Shown piece after piece: positions 9,297 to 19,656 of a DNA stretch of 64,000 bases. A program made the translations under genes and the position numbers. Source of the DNA: Saccharospirillaceae bacterium. Its GTDB lineage: Bacteria; Pseudomonadota; Gammaproteobacteria; Pseudomonadales; Oceanobacteraceae. The number at the start of each line of letters is the position of its first letter. The stretch's first letter is position 1. The DNA lies in contig JAJOJJ010000021.1 of the NCBI GenBank assembly GCA_021208685.1, forward strand, positions 46,353 to 110,352. Direction: 5' to 3'. The notes below the pieces were generated by a model. It had not been told where the DNA came from. It searched no databases and saw only the letters and a program-made list of their open reading frames with translations.

Positions 9297-12200
9297 TTAT
9301 CCCAGAAGGGACAGAACCTGCTGACCAGCCGCATTCGCCTGAGCCAGAACCGAAATACCGGCCTGCTGCAGAACCTGAGTCCGGGACAGCTCGGCGGTTT
9401 CAGCCGCGAAGTCCGCATCCTGAATCCGCGAGTTCGCAGAGTTCAGGTTCTCAGAGGTCACCTGCAGGTTACTTACGGTGGATTCCAGACGGTTCTGGAT
9501 AGCACCCAGATCGGCACGCTGGCTGGCCACCTGACCAATCGCATTATCGATCGCAGTGATTGCCGCAGTAGCGCCTTCGAAGGTGGAGATATCAATTTCA
9601 CTCAGGAACTGACCATCCTCACCACCACCATACTGCGCAACTTTGAAGCCAAGAGCTTCAATCTCATCTTTACCGTTAGAACCGGCCTCCAGAGAAATTT
9701 CTTTGGCAGAAGATAAGGTCACTGTGCCGTAAGTGGTTTCGTACGTTGCACCTTCTGTTGCAGTACCCCGGGTACCAATGTTGTCAGACACTGTTGCTGT
9801 ACCAATGTCAGCTTCGCCGATACCGTCAACGGATGAGTCCAGACCGATCAGTGAGCCGAAGCCGTTGGCACCTGCCGCAGCCGGGTTAACGCCGTTGTTT
9901 GCACCATCGTTATCCAGTGCAACGGAGATATTGCGGCCGTCTGCTGCACGCAGCGTAATTGATACACCGTTGTCTTCAGCGGTTACGCCAGTCTGACCCG
10001 ATTTCTGGTTAATCAGATCAATGGTGTTCGCCTTGGTCGCATCGGTATCAATATTACCGGTACCGTCATCAACGAGGCTCACCACACCGATATCAACACC
10101 GTTGATATACAGCTTGCCACTCTCACCAGCTTCATAACCGGCTGCTTTCGCCGCAGCCTGCTTCGTCGCCAAATCTGAGGATGAGCCCGAACCAATAACA
10201 ACGGTTTCATTAGCGGTTGCCGTAACACCGGTCTTATCCGACACCTTGTTGATGGTGTCAGCAATCGCGATAGCGGACTGAGATTTAACCGACGATTGAA
10301 TTACAGAGCCATCAGAAGCCACTGTGGCAGAGGCTTTATCAGAGTTCACATCGGCTGCCGCAATATTAACACCATTAATGGACAGATCGCCTTCTTTCAG
10401 GCCACGTACGGGTTCCTGACCGGCATCAACAGAAATACTGTTGACGTCCGTTGCACCTGTGTTGGTTTCACGGAAGTTGAAGATACTACCGCCAGTAACC
10501 GAGCCAGATGTTGCAATTCCGGCGACCGCCAGGTTACTGCTGAGACTGATGCTCTTCAGATCTTCACTGGTAACATCGACATCTTTTAGGTAGCCCGTAA
10601 CCAGAGCACCAGAGGTTTGTGTGCCACCAACAGCAGCGAGCTTGGCAGTAGAGGTACCTGTCGCATCGTATACAGTCAGATCGAAGCTGGATGTTGTGCC
10701 ACCTGCGGCAGCACCACCGGTTATGACCAGAGTGTCGCCATCCGCATCAGTGATAAACACATCACCATTGGTCGCACCACCTGTTGAACCAGCCACATAC
10801 GTCGCAACCAGACCTGAGGAAGGCGTAGCATTGATCGCATTGGCAATATCCTCCACGGTGGAAGCCGTAGACGACAGACTGATGGCAATCAGCGCATCAC
10901 CTTCTGTGGAACTGTCAAAAATCTGAATCTGTCCACCGGTAAAGTAACCATCACCACCGGCAGCTTCCAGCTTGACCTTGGTCTCTGCCGCTGCAGAAAT
11001 ACCATTGAAGCCATTAATCGCAGCAGCGATCTCTTTGGCACCCAGATTACCGGCAGAACCCGCACTGAAAGTGGCAGACTGACCATCATTCGTTGTTACT
11101 GTAACGGTTTCAGAAGTACCAAAGGCGATACGACCGTCAGAAACCAGGCCCAGAGCCGTTGAAAGCTGAGCACCTGCGGTGCCTGTCGGAAGACTGGTGC
11201 TGAACTCTGCACCTGATGTCAGTGTGGTTGCTGTCGAAGCAACCTGCGCGGCACCGGATTCATAAGTACCACGGTTGAGACCGGCATTGGCCAGATTACC
11301 GTTACCGGTACCATCACCACCGGTAATCACCACAGAATCAACATCACCATCAGCAACCAGTGTGTAGCCACCGTAGTAAGTATTTTCTGTTGCCAGACCC
11401 GTCGCCGCGGCGGCATCCGCATCGTTGGTGATGCTGCCAGTGGGAGAGCTGAAGGCGATATCAATATTACGGCCATCCGCTGCAACCAGTTTCACACCAT
11501 TGGCATCGGTACCGGAAGAAACGGCAGTAACACCTGTCTGATCAGCAACGGCGTTGATCGCTTCAACAACAGAGGCCCGGGTTCCGGCAGCATCGGTTGA
11601 TGTTGAAAGAGAAATTTCAACATTATTCAGCGTCAGCTTAACGGTACCGGCCTTCGCACTCATCTGCGAGCCGGAGGCTACGTTTTCATTAACAAACGCC
11701 TTAACACCGGTTTGATCGTACACATCATTGATTGCAGCTGCTTTTGCGATGGCGCTGAAAGAGGCATTTTTAGTGGAAGCGGTATCATCTGCGCCTTTGG
11801 ACGGGCTGACCGCAATGTTGTTGATGATCAAATCACCATTCTGCAGCGCCGCTCCCTTACCCTGAGCAGAAATACCTGCCTGATCAGACGCCCCCAGTTT
11901 GTTGGCTGTCAGTTCTGCAATGGAAACATCTACCGTCTGACCGGCATTTGCTCCGACCTGGAACGTGGCCGAAAAAGAACCATCCAGCAGTTTACGGCCG
12001 TTAAAATCAGTTTCCTCTGAGGTACGGCTGATTTCAGCAACTAACTGATCAACCTCCGCCTGTAATGCCTCACGGTCAACATCAGAGTTGGTAGCGTTTG
12101 CAGACTGCACAGCCAGTTCGCGGATACGCTGCAGGTTTTCGTTGATAGAACCCAGCGCACCTTCTGCCGTCTGGGCAAGTGCAATACCGTCGCCGGCGTT

Positions 12201-12398
12201 ACGCACAGCCACGTTCAGACCCTTGATCTGGGATGTAAAGCGGGTGGAAATCGCCAGACCGGCAGCGTCATCCTTCGCGCTGTTAATACGCAGACCAGAA
12301 GACAAGCGTTGCAATGCCTGTTGATTGGATGACTGGGACTTATCCAGGTTGCGCTGAGCATTCAGCGACGCAATGTTGGTATTAATAATTTGAGGCAT
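9297..12398 (-). CDS. fliC: Flagellin, 1033 aa, with a very large variable region
   Basis: N-terminus PQIINTNIASLNAQRNL...LSSGLRINSAKDDAAGLAI and C-terminus RADLGAIQNR...SRIQDADFAAE...VLSLLG; start moved to ATG 12398. Confidence 0.98.
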   Translation of the reverse strand: MPQIINTNIASLNAQRNLDKSQSSNQQALQRLSSGLRINSAKDDAAGLAISTRFTSQIKGLNVAVRNAGDGIALAQTAEGALGSINENLQRIRELAVQSANATNSDVDREALQAEVDQLVAEISRTSEETDFNGRKLLDGSFSATFQVGANAGQTVDVSIAELTANKLGASDQAGISAQGKGAALQNGDLIINNIAVSPSKGADDTASTKNASFSAIAKAAAINDVYDQTGVKAFVNENVASGSQMSAKAGTVKLTLNNVEISLSTSTDAAGTRASVVEAINAVADQTGVTAVSSGTDANGVKLVAADGRNIDIAFSSPTGSITNDADAAAATGLATENTYYGGYTLVADGDVDSVVITGGDGTGNGNLANAGLNRGTYESGAAQVASTATTLTSGAEFSTSLPTGTAGAQLSTALGLVSDGRIAFGTSETVTVTTNDGQSATFSAGSAGNLGAKEIAAAINGFNGISAAAETKVKLEAAGGDGYFTGGQIQIFDSSTEGDALIAISLSSTASTVEDIANAINATPSSGLVATYVAGSTGGATNGDVFITDADGDTLVITGGAAAGGTTSSFDLTVYDATGTSTAKLAAVGGTQTSGALVTGYLKDVDVTSEDLKSISLSSNLAVAGIATSGSVTGGSIFNFRETNTGATDVNSISVDAGQEPVRGLKEGDLSINGVNIAAADVNSDKASATVASDGSVIQSSVKSQSAIAIADTINKVSDKTGVTATANETVVIGSGSSSDLATKQAAAKAAGYEAGESGKLYINGVDIGVVSLVDDGTGNIDTDATKANTIDLINQKSGQTGVTAEDNGVSITLRAADGRNISVALDNDGANNGVNPAAAGANGFGSLIGLDSSVDGIGEADIGTATVSDNIGTRGTATEGATYETTYGTVTLSSAKEISLEAGSNGKDEIEALGFKVAQYGGGEDGQFLSEIDISTFEGATAAITAIDNAIGQVASQRADLGAIQNRLESTVSNLQVTSENLNSANSRIQDADFAAETAELSRTQVLQQAGISVLAQANAAGQQVLSLLG

Positions 12399-12471
12399 AA
12401 CCGTTCCTCCGACAGATTTCACAATCGCCGCCGGATCGTCCCGAACAGCGCGTTCGTGTTGTACATCCTTG

Positions 12472-12498
12472 TTAACGGCAACAACTGAAAGTCCTTTA
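12472..12498 (-). promoter_or_regulatory. sigma28 promoter of fliC
   Basis: TAAA-N15-GCCGTTAA, one mismatch to consensus. Confidence 0.85.
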
Positions 12499-12562
12499 AT
12501 GAGCGGAAAGAACTTTTAGGAATACAAAAAGCACCAGTTATAACCAAAGCGAAATTCCCAGG

Positions 12563-12578
12563 TGGCACAGTCTCTGCT
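12563..12578 (+). promoter_or_regulatory. sigma54 promoter of the maf-leg operon
   Basis: TGGCAC-AGTCT-CTGCT (GG-N10-GC), about 70 nt upstream of maf. Confidence 0.7.
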
Positions 12579-12647
12579 TTGTTAAGTTCAGGAAGTGCCA
12601 TCAAGTCATAAACTTGTCAGGGCCAGTCACACATCAGGAAACCGCTT

Positions 12648-14684
12648 ATGAACCTAGAGCGCCTTGCGGCACTGAAAGTCAAAAATTTGTCGTTTATCAG
12701 AGATAATTTTCCGACGCTTTTCCCGCTGCTGAATGAACACAGCCCCAAGAAAAAGCGGCTGAATGCGGATACCCTCGCAAACCAGTTCCAGCTGCTGGAT
12801 ACCGAGACCGGTCAGATACTGATCAACGATGCCGAAAAAAACGCCGAAGCGGAGGTGCTCTCTTTTATTAATCAATGCCACCGGAACAATCGGCTGATCA
12901 CGGTCGCAACAGGATTTCGCAATACCTTTACCATTCCACGATTTTCGGCTAAGAAGCTCGCTGAAATTGTGGATAACAGCCCGCTCACGCAAGAAAATTT
13001 TAATTTTTACCCTTTTGATCATCACATCCCAATGCTCTGCATTATGGGCATGGGCCTGGGCATTCATATTGAAAAGCTGCTGCAGAGTGTCACTGTTGAT
13101 CATCTGGTGATATGCGAAAGAGATAAGGATGAGCTTTATGCCAGCCTGTTTACCATTGATTGGGAGGAACTGTTTCTGCCCTTTCTGCAGGATCCTCATA
13201 AATCGGTGACGCTGATTGTTTTGCCAATCAACAATGACAATGCGGCATTCGGCATATTATGGAATCATCTGGTCAAGCAACCACCGTTTTTTCCTACCGC
13301 AACGGTTTTCTACAATCATCGCAGAACCAACCGTAACGAGAAAATTTTAGCGCGGGTCCGCAAAGACATAACGATGTACTACAGCCTTTGGGGTAACTAT
13401 GACGATGAGATCAACCAGCTGAATAATGCTCTGCATAACTTCCGGGCCGGAATTCCGAGGCTGAGGAAACCGCTCCGGGAATATACTGATACTCCGGTCT
13501 TAATCATTGGTTCGGGACCTTCGCTGGATGAACGAATGGAGTGGATTCGTGCAGTGCGGAATAAAGCCATTATAGTGTCCTGCGGCTCTGCACGTGACGT
13601 ACTGCGAAGAAACGGCATCCACCCTGATTTTCAGGTTGAGCTGGAATCAGACTATGTTGCAGCCGAAGCCTATTCCAGAACCGTTACCCGTGCCGATACT
13701 CAAGGAACAACGCTGATGGCTGCGGCTCAGGTTCCCCCAAAGATTTTTGCGCTTTATGAAGACAGGCAAATGTATTTTAAGGACTCCACGGCAATGGCCA
13801 GCCTGTTTTCTGAAAACAACGTTGTCTCCGGATGTACACCATCAGCCACCAATGCCGGACTGGGAGTATTCCTTCATCTCGGATTTGAAAATCTGTTCTT
13901 ATTTGGGATGGACTTTGGTTACATTGACCCTGAAAAGCACCACTCTAAAGACAGCATCTATTACACCGATGAAAACCCCGAAGATCTCATCGACAGCACC
14001 TGGGATAACCTCGATCAGGGTATGCCCACTCCGGGGGTACAGGGGCACGATATCAAAACCATCCCATTCCTCTACACCGGAAAACGACGAGTTGAAGTAG
14101 AAATAGCCAGTGTGATGCACATGCGCGCTCTTAATACATACAACTGTTCGTTAGGGGCAACCATTGATAATGCCGAATGGTTGGATAATTTCGATGCTTT
14201 CAGCGAAAAAGTTCTGAGCCTTCCCGGAGATCACCAAAGCGCATTAAACAGCATCAGGGAAGCAGGTGATCCGGTGACAAGGCAAGAACAGGATGAAAAA
14301 TTAAGGCTGCTCGAAGATGCGATTCGTCGTGTTTCAGAAAGGATTCTTGATGAACTTGATCATCTGGAAATCAGCATGGAAAGCCTTTCTGATACTACCT
14401 ATCGGATTGCACGCTTTATTGAAGAGGACATCTATCAGAAGCTGAAAACAATTTATTATATCTTCCGCGGCTCCGTTTGGTTTTTCCTTTCCATTGGTTA
14501 CGCTCACAGCTACGCCCTGACAGGCGATGAAAGAACAGAATTTATTAAACTGTGGCTTAAAACATTCCGGGAATTTCTTACCGAATGGCCAGAACACTAC
14601 TGCTCTATCGTATATCGTGATACTGACGCCGAAAATGATCCGATGCTGACTAAAATGATTACCGAAGCCGTTGATGGAGTATAA
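12648..14684 (+). CDS. Motility-associated factor (Maf, DUF115/MptE-like) flagellin glycosyltransferase
   Basis: IIGSGPSLD, IVSCGSA and FLFGMDFG motifs; divergent from fliC and first gene of a nonulosonate cluster. Confidence 0.88.
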   Translation: MNLERLAALKVKNLSFIRDNFPTLFPLLNEHSPKKKRLNADTLANQFQLLDTETGQILINDAEKNAEAEVLSFINQCHRNNRLITVATGFRNTFTIPRFSAKKLAEIVDNSPLTQENFNFYPFDHHIPMLCIMGMGLGIHIEKLLQSVTVDHLVICERDKDELYASLFTIDWEELFLPFLQDPHKSVTLIVLPINNDNAAFGILWNHLVKQPPFFPTATVFYNHRRTNRNEKILARVRKDITMYYSLWGNYDDEINQLNNALHNFRAGIPRLRKPLREYTDTPVLIIGSGPSLDERMEWIRAVRNKAIIVSCGSARDVLRRNGIHPDFQVELESDYVAAEAYSRTVTRADTQGTTLMAAAQVPPKIFALYEDRQMYFKDSTAMASLFSENNVVSGCTPSATNAGLGVFLHLGFENLFLFGMDFGYIDPEKHHSKDSIYYTDENPEDLIDSTWDNLDQGMPTPGVQGHDIKTIPFLYTGKRRVEVEIASVMHMRALNTYNCSLGATIDNAEWLDNFDAFSEKVLSLPGDHQSALNSIREAGDPVTRQEQDEKLRLLEDAIRRVSERILDELDHLEISMESLSDTTYRIARFIEEDIYQKLKTIYYIFRGSVWFFLSIGYAHSYALTGDERTEFIKLWLKTFREFLTEWPEHYCSIVYRDTDAENDPMLTKMITEAVDGV

Positions 14685-14686
14685 CA

Positions 14687-15670
14687 ATGCAACGACCGAT
14701 TCTGGTTACAGGCGCTGATGGGTTTATTGGTTCGCATCTGGCGGAGCAATTAATCAAAGCAGGATACCCGGTCAGAGCCATGACGCTCTATAATTCATTT
14801 AATTCCTGGGGATGGCTTGACAATTCCATTTACATCCATGATATGGAAATTATCAGCGGAGATATTCGCGATCCGTTCTTTTGTCAGCAGGCAGTTAAGG
14901 GCTGCTCATCCGTGTTTAATCTTGCTGCCCTGATCGCCATTCCATATTCCTATCAGGCACCTGCCAGCTATGTAGCCACCAATATTGAAGGTACGGTTAA
15001 TTTGCTTCAGGCAGCACGCTCTGAAGAAACTGAACACTTCATCCAGACATCCACTTCCGAGGTCTACGGAACGGCTCGCTACACGCCAATAGATGAAGAG
15101 CATCCACTTCAGCCGCAATCTCCTTACAGTGCCTCAAAAATCAGCTCAGACTCCATGGCTCTGAGCTATTACAACAGTTTCTCTCTTCCGGTTACGATTG
15201 CCCGGCCATTCAATACGTATGGCCCAAGACAGTCTGCCAGAGCCGTTATTCCAACGATCATTACTCAGATTGCAGCAGGACAAAAGACAATACAGCTTGG
15301 CGATCTATCTCCGACACGCGATTTTAATTTTGTTGAAGATACATGCAATGGCCTTATCAGTTTGCTTGGCAAAGAGCAGACCATCGGAGAAGTGATCAAT
15401 ATCGGCAGTAATACTGAAATATCCATTCTTGATACTGTCCAGAAAATCCGCAACATAATGAAGTCAGATGTAGACATCATTCATGACAGTAATCGTATCC
15501 GGCCGGAAAAATCAGAAGTTCATCGTCTGGTCTGTGACAACCGGAAAATGCTCCGCCTCACCGGATACAAGCATAAGGTATCACTGGAGGAAGGCCTGAG
15601 AAAAACCATCGAATGGTTCTCTCATCCCGAAAACCTCTCCCGTTATAAAGCAGACCGATACAATGTTTGA
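14687..15670 (+). CDS. legB: NAD-dependent sugar 4,6-dehydratase LegB
   Basis: VTGADGFIGSHL, LAALIAIPYSY, TSTSEVYG and YSASK. Confidence 0.88.
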   Translation: MQRPILVTGADGFIGSHLAEQLIKAGYPVRAMTLYNSFNSWGWLDNSIYIHDMEIISGDIRDPFFCQQAVKGCSSVFNLAALIAIPYSYQAPASYVATNIEGTVNLLQAARSEETEHFIQTSTSEVYGTARYTPIDEEHPLQPQSPYSASKISSDSMALSYYNSFSLPVTIARPFNTYGPRQSARAVIPTIITQIAAGQKTIQLGDLSPTRDFNFVEDTCNGLISLLGKEQTIGEVINIGSNTEISILDTVQKIRNIMKSDVDIIHDSNRIRPEKSEVHRLVCDNRKMLRLTGYKHKVSLEEGLRKTIEWFSHPENLSRYKADRYNV

Positions 15671-16805
15671 CCAGCTTAAAGATCTGATACTCGCCATGTA
15701 TCCCGGTGAACATACCATAGCACTGCACAGGCCTTTGTTTTCTCAGGATGAAGAATCTGCAGTAGCCGCCTGCATAAGAAGCAGCTACGTATCATCCATT
15801 GGTCCTGATATTGAAAAATTCGAGCAACATATTGCTGAATTTTGTTCATCGGGTTATGCAATATCAACCGTTAACGGAACGGCAGCCCTGCATCTTTCTT
15901 TACATGCTATTGGTGTGAGCCATAATGATATTGTGCTGACTCAGTCCCTGAGTTTTGCAGCTACTGGCCATGCGATCCTGCAAACCGGTGCAAAGCCTGT
16001 TTATATTGATATCACCATGCCGCAAGGCAGTATGTGTCCGGAGGCATTACTCCGGTTTCTGTCAGAAGAGTGCCGAAGACAGGACGATATCTGTACCCAT
16101 AAAATCAGTGGTCGCAGGATTGCTGCTTGCGTTCCTATGCATTCTTTTGGTGAACCGGCAAAAATATCTCAGATCGAAGCAATATGCAGAGAATGGTCAA
16201 TACCATTGATTGAAGATGCAGCCGAGGCACTGGGCAGCTTCATTGATGGCAAACATTGCGGAACCTTCGGCTTATGCGGAGTGCTGAGCTTTAATGGTAA
16301 CAAAATAATGACGACAGGTGCCGGTGGAATAATTCTTTGCAAAAATGAGGCATTGGCCAAGCGTCTTAAGCATTTATCAACGACAGCCAAAATCCCTGAT
16401 CCTTTTGAGTTTCGTCACAGTGAAACCGGATTCAACTATCGACTCCCAAACTTAAATGCCAGCCTTGGAATCGCTCAGTTCAGAAAATTACCCAACTTTC
16501 TGAACTCGAAAAGAGCAATTCACAGACAATACCAGACATTCTTCCAGCGTTTTGGCTACGAGCTTGTCAATAGCCCGGAAGCAGAGTCTAACCATTGGCT
16601 GAATACTGTCATCATGAACAGCCCGGATGAAAAGGAATCTCTGCTGAAATTTCTGAAAGCCTACGACATTCAGGCAAGACCAGCCTGGTACCCACTGCAT
16701 CGTCAAACACATCTTCAGTCAGTATCTGAACATCCGCTGCCTGAAACAGAATGGCTATACAGCCGGGCAGTCAGCCTGCCCAGCAGCGTCCCGTTGAGTG
16801 TATGA
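15663..16805 (+). CDS. legC: DegT-family aminotransferase LegC
   Basis: NGTAALHL, EDAAEALGS, SFNGNKIMTTGAGG and GFNYRLPNLNA. Confidence 0.88.
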   Translation: MFDQLKDLILAMYPGEHTIALHRPLFSQDEESAVAACIRSSYVSSIGPDIEKFEQHIAEFCSSGYAISTVNGTAALHLSLHAIGVSHNDIVLTQSLSFAATGHAILQTGAKPVYIDITMPQGSMCPEALLRFLSEECRRQDDICTHKISGRRIAACVPMHSFGEPAKISQIEAICREWSIPLIEDAAEALGSFIDGKHCGTFGLCGVLSFNGNKIMTTGAGGIILCKNEALAKRLKHLSTTAKIPDPFEFRHSETGFNYRLPNLNASLGIAQFRKLPNFLNSKRAIHRQYQTFFQRFGYELVNSPEAESNHWLNTVIMNSPDEKESLLKFLKAYDIQARPAWYPLHRQTHLQSVSEHPLPETEWLYSRAVSLPSSVPLSV

Positions 16806-16808
16806 TTT

Positions 16809-17948
16809 ATGATTAAAATCGCGTGTTTTACGGCAACGAGGGCAGAATATGGGTTACTAAAGCCCATTCTTAAAGCACTCTGCGCGAGTGGTGAATTTTC
16901 GGTAAGCCTTATTGTCAGCGGCACACATCTGGATAATACATTTGGCTATACATCCGAAGAAATCCGGATTGACGGAATTTCTTCCTGTATAAAATTACCC
17001 ATGAACTATTCAGACGACACAGCCAAAGGGAATGTCGGGCGTTCGGCTACCGTACTGACCGGACTGGCTGGCATTCTTCCTGAATTATCGGCAGATGCAA
17101 TGTTAATTCTTGGTGACCGATACGAAACTCTGGCGGTAGCCCAGGCCTGCTGCATGATGAATATTCCCGTACTGCACTTACATGGCGGCGAATTAAGCTA
17201 TGGCTCGCAGGACAACCAGTTTCGTCACGCAATCAGTAAACTGTCACATGTTCATCTGTGTGCTACAAAGGAATCCCGGAAACGACTGATGAAGATGGGG
17301 GAATCACCTGACCGGATATTTCTGGTCGGTGCGCCTGGGGTTGAAAACTGCAGACATCAGCCCCTGACTGATCTTAATATTCTTATCCGTGATCTTCACA
17401 TCAACTGGCAACCTGTCAATATTCTGTTTACCTATCACCCGGACAGTTTATCTCCGGAAAAGAGTGAGCGGGAATTGGATGAGATACTATCCGCTTTAGA
17501 AAAAATACCCGACCTCGGCATCATCATGACCTATCCAAATGCCGACTCCGGACACAAGGCAATTATAAGAAAAATCCGCGAGTTTCAGTCCAGACATCCG
17601 GAGCGTGTCAGCCTTCACAAAAGCCTTGGCACACAACGATATCTTACACTGATAAAAGCAGTCGATGCCGTGGTCGGAAATTCATCAAGCGGCATTATTG
17701 AAGCTCCATCAATGGGTACAAAAACGCTGAATATAGGAAACAGGCAAAGAGGCAGAGAGCGCGCCTTGTCTGTTATTGATTCTGAACCGGTTGAAAAGGA
17801 AATACTCGCTGCATTAAACGCCATTCTGAGCAGTGGTAATTCCTCTTTCAGTAACCCATATGACTGGGGAGATACCAGCATTAACGTCTTAAATGTTCTT
17901 AAAGAACTGGATTTTCCCGCTTTGCTTGAAAAGGATTTTTATGAGTAA
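16809..17948 (+). CDS. neuC: Hydrolysing NDP-sugar 2-epimerase (NeuC/LegG)
   Basis: TATRAEYG, LGDRYE, HLHGGE and GNSSSGIIEAP. Confidence 0.88.
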   Translation: MIKIACFTATRAEYGLLKPILKALCASGEFSVSLIVSGTHLDNTFGYTSEEIRIDGISSCIKLPMNYSDDTAKGNVGRSATVLTGLAGILPELSADAMLILGDRYETLAVAQACCMMNIPVLHLHGGELSYGSQDNQFRHAISKLSHVHLCATKESRKRLMKMGESPDRIFLVGAPGVENCRHQPLTDLNILIRDLHINWQPVNILFTYHPDSLSPEKSERELDEILSALEKIPDLGIIMTYPNADSGHKAIIRKIREFQSRHPERVSLHKSLGTQRYLTLIKAVDAVVGNSSSGIIEAPSMGTKTLNIGNRQRGRERALSVIDSEPVEKEILAALNAILSSGNSSFSNPYDWGDTSINVLNVLKELDFPALLEKDFYE

Positions 17949-19020
17949 TAAACCCAGTGTTCTGATCATTGCTGAAGCCGGAGTTAATCATAATGGGAGC
18001 CTCGACATGGCCATGAAGCTGGTCGATATCGCTGTAGATTCCGGAGCGGATATCGTCAAGTTCCAGATTTTTGACAGCAATATGCTGACAACCAGACACG
18101 CAGAAAAAGCCGACTATCAAAGAACCCTATCTGACAATAACCAGAACCAGCAATCCATGCTGAAGGCGCTTGAACTGAGCCATGAAGACTTTATAAACAT
18201 CAGCCGATACTGCAATGCAAGAGGCATTGAATTCCTTGCAACCGCCTTCGATGAAGTCTCACTTGAATTTCTGCTGTCAGAGCTTGACGTGAAACGACTA
18301 AAAATCCCTTCCGGGGAGCTGACTAATTTGCCGTTTATTATGCGTCATGCAAAATCCGGTCTGCCTCTGATACTGTCTACCGGAATGGCCTCGGAAAGTG
18401 AAATAACAGAGGCGCTGGCAACCATAGCTTTCGCGGTTCTGTACCCTGACAGGGAGCCAGCATCGCGCAACGAGCTGACGTCAGCCTTACAGAGCATTCC
18501 ACATGATGAGCTGGCCAGGCGCATTACCATACTGCAGTGCACGACGGCCTATCCGACCGCTGATATCGATGTGAACCTCCGGGTAATACCTGCCCTGAGC
18601 CAGCGCTTCCGTTGCGATGTCGGATTTTCTGATCATACGCCGGATATGTTTGCCGCACCGCTGGCCGTAGCGGCAGGAGCAACCGTTATAGAAAAGCACT
18701 TCACATTGAGTCGCAATCTTCCTGGCCCAGATCACAAGGCATCTCTGGAACCCGATGAACTCAGAACAATGATAAAGGCGATAAGACGATCCGAAATAAT
18801 GTTGGGAAAGGCTGTAAAAAGCATCAGTCCGACAGAAGCAAGCAACCTGCACGCGGCCAGAAAAAGTCTGGTTGCCACTCAACCCATTAAAGCAGGTCAG
18901 ATGCTGACAACGCAGAATATAACGGCCAAAAGACCCGGCAATGGTCTGTCACCGGCCTGTTACTGGGATATCATCAATACCACCGCCAGCAAGGACTATG
19001 ATCAGGATGAACTCATCTGA
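17941..19020 (+). CDS. neuB: Nonulosonate (legionaminate) synthase NeuB/LegI
   Basis: IIAEAGVNHNG, KIPSGELTN, GFSDHT, EKHFTL and a C-terminal SAF domain; start moved to ATG 17941. Confidence 0.92.
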   Translation: MSNKPSVLIIAEAGVNHNGSLDMAMKLVDIAVDSGADIVKFQIFDSNMLTTRHAEKADYQRTLSDNNQNQQSMLKALELSHEDFINISRYCNARGIEFLATAFDEVSLEFLLSELDVKRLKIPSGELTNLPFIMRHAKSGLPLILSTGMASESEITEALATIAFAVLYPDREPASRNELTSALQSIPHDELARRITILQCTTAYPTADIDVNLRVIPALSQRFRCDVGFSDHTPDMFAAPLAVAAGATVIEKHFTLSRNLPGPDHKASLEPDELRTMIKAIRRSEIMLGKAVKSISPTEASNLHAARKSLVATQPIKAGQMLTTQNITAKRPGNGLSPACYWDIINTTASKDYDQDELI

Positions 19021-19654
19021 CTTGCCCATTCTTATTCTGGGAACTGGCGGACACGCAAGAGTGGTCGCTGACACACTGTTATGCAGCGGCCTGCGCATAC
19101 AGGGGTTTTTAGATCCGGAACCTCAGTTTACTGAGTGGCGAAGCATTCCCTGTCTCGGCAGCGATGACATTCTCGCCAGCTTCTCTCCGGATGCCGTTTT
19201 GCTCGCAAACGGAATTGGCTCACTCCCCTTTTCGACCACACGGATCAGAGCCGTTGAAAAAGCCGAGAGCGCGGGATTTACCTTCTGTACGGCCATTCAT
19301 CCCTCCGCAATTGTTGCCGCTGATACAAAACTTGCCGATGGTGTGCAAATACTTGCCGGTGCGATCATTCAGACGGGTACCGTTATTGGCAAACACACCA
19401 TTATTAATACGGGTGCCCGCATAGACCATGACTGTGCGATCGCCGGTTTTTGTCACATCGCACCCGGAGCCACGCTATGCGGCTCAGTGCGTCTGGCACA
19501 AAGGGTGCATATAGGAGCTGGAGCGACCATTATTCAAGAAGTTGACGTTGGTGCCGATACCGTTATTGGAGCCGGTGCAACCATCACCCTGTCGGCAGAT
19601 TCAATGCAGGTGATTCGTAATCCGGAGGTCGTAAAAGAACCCAGGCGGAGGTAA
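19007..19654 (+). CDS. NeuD/PglD-family sugar acetyltransferase (LegH-like)
   Basis: ILGTGGHARV and hexapeptide repeats IINTGARIDHDC; start is either 18998 or 19007. Confidence 0.85.
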   Translation: MNSSDLPILILGTGGHARVVADTLLCSGLRIQGFLDPEPQFTEWRSIPCLGSDDILASFSPDAVLLANGIGSLPFSTTRIRAVEKAESAGFTFCTAIHPSAIVAADTKLADGVQILAGAIIQTGTVIGKHTIINTGARIDHDCAIAGFCHIAPGATLCGSVRLAQRVHIGAGATIIQEVDVGADTVIGAGATITLSADSMQVIRNPEVVKEPRRR

Positions 19655-19656
19655 TC

